Of a stretch of 55,398 nt of DNA, positions 52,742 through 55,398 are shown piece by piece. The stretch comes from a virus (Duplodnaviria; Caudoviricetes): IMG/VR virus record IMGVR_UViG_3300027741_000080, positions 1-55,398 of that record. One strand, written 5' to 3'. The position numbers were made by a program, and so were the translations under genes. The notes beneath the pieces are model-generated. The model was not told the DNA's origin, ran no database searches, and saw only the letters and a program-made list of their open reading frames with translations. Positions within the stretch are counted from its first letter, which is position 1. Every line of letters begins with the position of its first letter.

Positions 52742-54763
52742 ATGCTGTCATTTAAATTGACGGAAGATTTCATTTCAACGTATGAAGGTAAGAAAGTCCC
52801 TTGGGGATATCAAGACGCTGGCGGTAACGCTGTGGGTGAAATTACGTTTCTTAGGACATATTCTCGTAAGAAACCTGATGGCACAAAAGAGACTTGGGTA
52901 GAGGTTTGCCGTCGTGTAATCGAGGGTATGTATTCTATTCAAAAAGACCATTGCAAGACTAACCGTTTGCCTTGGAATGAGAACAAAGCACAGGCTTCAG
53001 CAAAGGAAGCGTTCGAACGTTTGTTTGAACTTAAATGGACACCCCCAGGTCGTGGACTTTGGGTCATGGGTACACCTATCGTAACCGAGCAAAAGAACTC
53101 GGCTGCTCTCCAAAACTGCTCATTCGTGTCTACCGAGTCAATGACTAAGCACAACCCAGCCAAGCCATTTGCATTCCTAATGGAAGCCTCAATGCTAGGT
53201 GTAGGTGTGGGCTTTGACGACAAGGGTGCAGACAAAGAGTTCACCATTTACGCGCCAACACAAACTATCACCGAGTATGTAATCCCTGATACTCGTGAGG
53301 GCTGGGTTGAATCTACCTCGGCTTTGATTAACTCATACCTACGCCACGACCAGCCAACCCTTAGTTTTGACTATAGTGAGATTCGTGAAGCGGGAGAACC
53401 TATTAAAACGTTTGGTGGTACGGCAGCGGGCCCTGATCCATTGAAGGCTCTGCATCAGTACATTATCAGAATGTTTAAAGATAGAGAAGGTTCTCTATTA
53501 ACTAGAGTAGATATTGCTGACATTGGTAACCTTATTGGCGTGTGTGTAGTTAGTGGTAACGTTCGCCGTTCTGCTGAGTTGCTAATGGGTCGTTTGGATG
53601 ATGAAAACTTCCTCAATCTAAAGAATAGTGATGTATTCCCAGAAAGAAACTCCTATGACCCTAAAGCACCAGGCTGGGGATGGATGTCTAACAACTCTGT
53701 TGGCATCTCTGTTGGGGATGACTTGTCAAACATCATTGAGGGAATTGCTCTAAACGGTGAGCCAGGAGTTATTTGGATGGATGTCACTAGGCAGTATGGT
53801 CGCCTCATTGACCCACCAAACAACAAAGACTGGAGAGCATCTGGGTATAACCCATGTGCTGAACAAAGCCTTGAGTCATTTGAGTGCTGTACTTTGGTTG
53901 AAACTTACCTTAACCGCCATGAATCATTAGAGGATTACAAGCGAACTCTTAAGTTTGCCTACCTATACGCTAAGACTGTTACGCTTCTCCCAACTCACTG
54001 GGAAGAAACCAACGCTATTATGCAACGTAACCGCCGTATTGGTACGTCAATGTCTGGTATTGCTAACTTTGCTGATAAGAACGGCTTACCTGCCTTGCGT
54101 AACTGGATGGATAGTGGGTACGACACCGTTACTCGTTATGACGGTATCTATTCGGAATGGTTAGGTATTCGTGAGTCAATCAAGACTACAACAGTAAAGC
54201 CATCAGGAACAGTATCTATTCTTGCTGGAGAATCTCCTGGTGTGCATTGGACTCCAGGTGGTAAGCACTTCTTGCGTTCTATTCGTTTTGCTAATGATGA
54301 CCCTATGCTTCCTCTCTTTACTTTTGCAGGATATCGGGTTGAACCTGCTAGTGAGTCTCCAAAGACTACTAGCGTAGTTTTCTTCCCAGTAGAATCAGAT
54401 GCCTCTCGTAGTGAGAAAGATGTCTCTATTTATGAAAAAGTTGCTCTTGCTTCTATGGCTCAACGCCATTGGTCAGACAACTCGGTATCAGTTACGGTAT
54501 CCTTTAATAAGGACACCGAAACTAAAGATGTTGGTACAGTCCTTCACCTTTTTGATGGGCAACTCAAAACCGTTTCTTTCTTACCTATGGGAAACGAGAC
54601 TTACCCACAAATGCCGTATACGCAAATAACTGCTGATGAGTATCTAGACTACACAATGAAATTGCTACCTATTGACTTCACTGATGTCTATGCAGGAATG
54701 GCAGCCGATGCTATCGGTGAAAAGTATTGCAGTACGGACTTCTGTGAAATACCTAAACAATAA
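52742..54763 (+). CDS. nrdJ: Class II (adenosylcobalamin-dependent) ribonucleoside-triphosphate reductase
   Basis: PPGRGLW, LQNC, GNVRRSA, NPCAEQ, TTVKPSGT, C-terminal C...C. Confidence 0.95.
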   Translation: MLSFKLTEDFISTYEGKKVPWGYQDAGGNAVGEITFLRTYSRKKPDGTKETWVEVCRRVIEGMYSIQKDHCKTNRLPWNENKAQASAKEAFERLFELKWTPPGRGLWVMGTPIVTEQKNSAALQNCSFVSTESMTKHNPAKPFAFLMEASMLGVGVGFDDKGADKEFTIYAPTQTITEYVIPDTREGWVESTSALINSYLRHDQPTLSFDYSEIREAGEPIKTFGGTAAGPDPLKALHQYIIRMFKDREGSLLTRVDIADIGNLIGVCVVSGNVRRSAELLMGRLDDENFLNLKNSDVFPERNSYDPKAPGWGWMSNNSVGISVGDDLSNIIEGIALNGEPGVIWMDVTRQYGRLIDPPNNKDWRASGYNPCAEQSLESFECCTLVETYLNRHESLEDYKRTLKFAYLYAKTVTLLPTHWEETNAIMQRNRRIGTSMSGIANFADKNGLPALRNWMDSGYDTVTRYDGIYSEWLGIRESIKTTTVKPSGTVSILAGESPGVHWTPGGKHFLRSIRFANDDPMLPLFTFAGYRVEPASESPKTTSVVFFPVESDASRSEKDVSIYEKVALASMAQRHWSDNSVSVTVSFNKDTETKDVGTVLHLFDGQLKTVSFLPMGNETYPQMPYTQITADEYLDYTMKLLPIDFTDVYAGMAADAIGEKYCSTDFCEIPKQ

Positions 54764-54771
54764 TTAAATAG

Positions 54772-54806
54772 AAAGCCCCCTAGTTAATCAAAACTAGGGG
54801 GTTTTT
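54772..54806. terminator. Intrinsic (possibly bidirectional) terminator
   Basis: CCCCCTAGTT-AATCAA-AACTAGGGGG flanked by A and T runs. Confidence 0.85.
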
Positions 54807-55045
54807 CTTATGCCACTTTTTCCTACGGCCGCCAGCTATTTTTCAAAGATGCTAAAGATGCATAAGTTGTAATAATGATTAGATTACAAAAATTTAATTA
54901 AAACTAATAGGATTTTTTTATACAAAACCTTCTCCCCAGCTGGGCCTAGGGGTCTGAAGGAGGAGAGGGTATACTTTGGACAAGAAAAAACCACCCGTTC
55001 CCGATTAGGAGAGGGGCGGTAGTTTCTGGTCTATTTTATTATGCA

Positions 55046-55264
55046 CTACTCAAAACTATGAATTAAATCTCTCTGTTCGGGAGGGATGCTAACTCCGTTA
55101 TGCTTTCGTAATGTTCTACTGCTCTTGTTAATAGCAACAGGGTTATTACAGGCAGGGCAAAGTGTAGTCATTTTGTTAGAGTCTGGATATGTCCAAAATG
55201 GATGGTCACTCTCATCCACAGTCCCTACAAAATAGCATGGGTTAGTAATGTGTTTATTAGCCAT
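55046..55264 (-). CDS. Small hypothetical protein (CPAC...LRKH zinc-ribbon pattern)
   Basis: 72-aa ORF on - strand, TAATG-coupled to the upstream partial gene. Confidence 0.65.
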   Translation of the reverse strand: MANKHITNPCYFVGTVDESDHPFWTYPDSNKMTTLCPACNNPVAINKSSRTLRKHNGVSIPPEQRDLIHSFE

Positions 55265-55398
55265 TATCGCTTCTTACCCTTGCTAACATAACCTGTTTTT
55301 TTCTTATTCATAGAGCCAGGTGTGTTATACCCACCTCGGTTAGGTACATTACGCTTACGCACTTCTAGTGCTTCTAATACTTTTTCGTGGTGCTTACC
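55264..55398 (-). CDS. Partial basic hypothetical protein (runs off window edge)
   Basis: Open frame ...GGYNTPGSMNKKKTGYVSKGKKR* coupled to the next gene. Confidence 0.5.
   Translation of the reverse strand, partial: GKHHEKVLEALEVRKRNVPNRGGYNTPGSMNKKKTGYVSKGKKR

Noticed and set aside
776-54629. Many alternative-frame and minus-strand ORFs in the track (e.g. 776-1354, 7018-7548, 5321-5614, 42231-42581, 52939-53247)
   Set aside because: Shadow ORFs of well-supported + strand genes, caused by biased codon usage; no RBS or motifs
26593-54763. Inteins or self-splicing introns in DnaB, PolA, RecA, SNF2 or NrdJ
   Set aside because: All are uninterrupted and of ordinary length, with no intein or homing-endonuclease motifs seen
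1-55398. Stop-codon reassignment or diversity-generating retroelement
   Set aside because: Genes are full length in the standard code and use all three stops; no suppressor tRNA, reverse transcriptase or TR/VR pair noticed

Overview
This is a 55-kb segment of a large, AT-rich, contractile-tailed dsDNA phage. A WhiB gene and several apparently leaderless promoters point to an actinobacterial host (inference). Nearly all genes are on the + strand and many are translationally coupled. 1-23.5 kb: virion and tail module (large virion protein, head-tail joining proteins, an array of tiny Lys-rich proteins, sheath, tube, tail chaperone with a likely +1 frameshift, tape measure, baseplate, fibre-like proteins). 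23.5-42 kb: replication and recombination (initiator with putative internal origin, DnaC-like loader, DnaB, primase, SNF2 helicase, SSB, family-A DNA polymerase, RecA, two resolvases, Cas4-like nuclease, WhiB), interrupted by an M23 peptidase, an NlpC/P60 protein, 3 tRNAs and a PA14 surface protein. 42-55 kb: SpoVS, metallophosphoesterase, GP88-like protein, low-complexity proteins, a nucleotidyltransferase / GT2 / degenerate HAD / degenerate TGT(DpdA)-like cluster, and a class II ribonucleotide reductase. Most notable: (1) a UUU_CGU +1 frameshift candidate before the tape measure gene; (2) a pseudoknot that would sequester the polymerase RBS; (3) the pseudo-TGT cluster; (4) a Ser/Thr-rich beta module inserted, even nested, in many virion proteins; (5) unannotated metal-binding microproteins, including a 30-aa classical C2H2 zinc finger. 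All protein assignments come from motif recognition by eye; no database searches were run.
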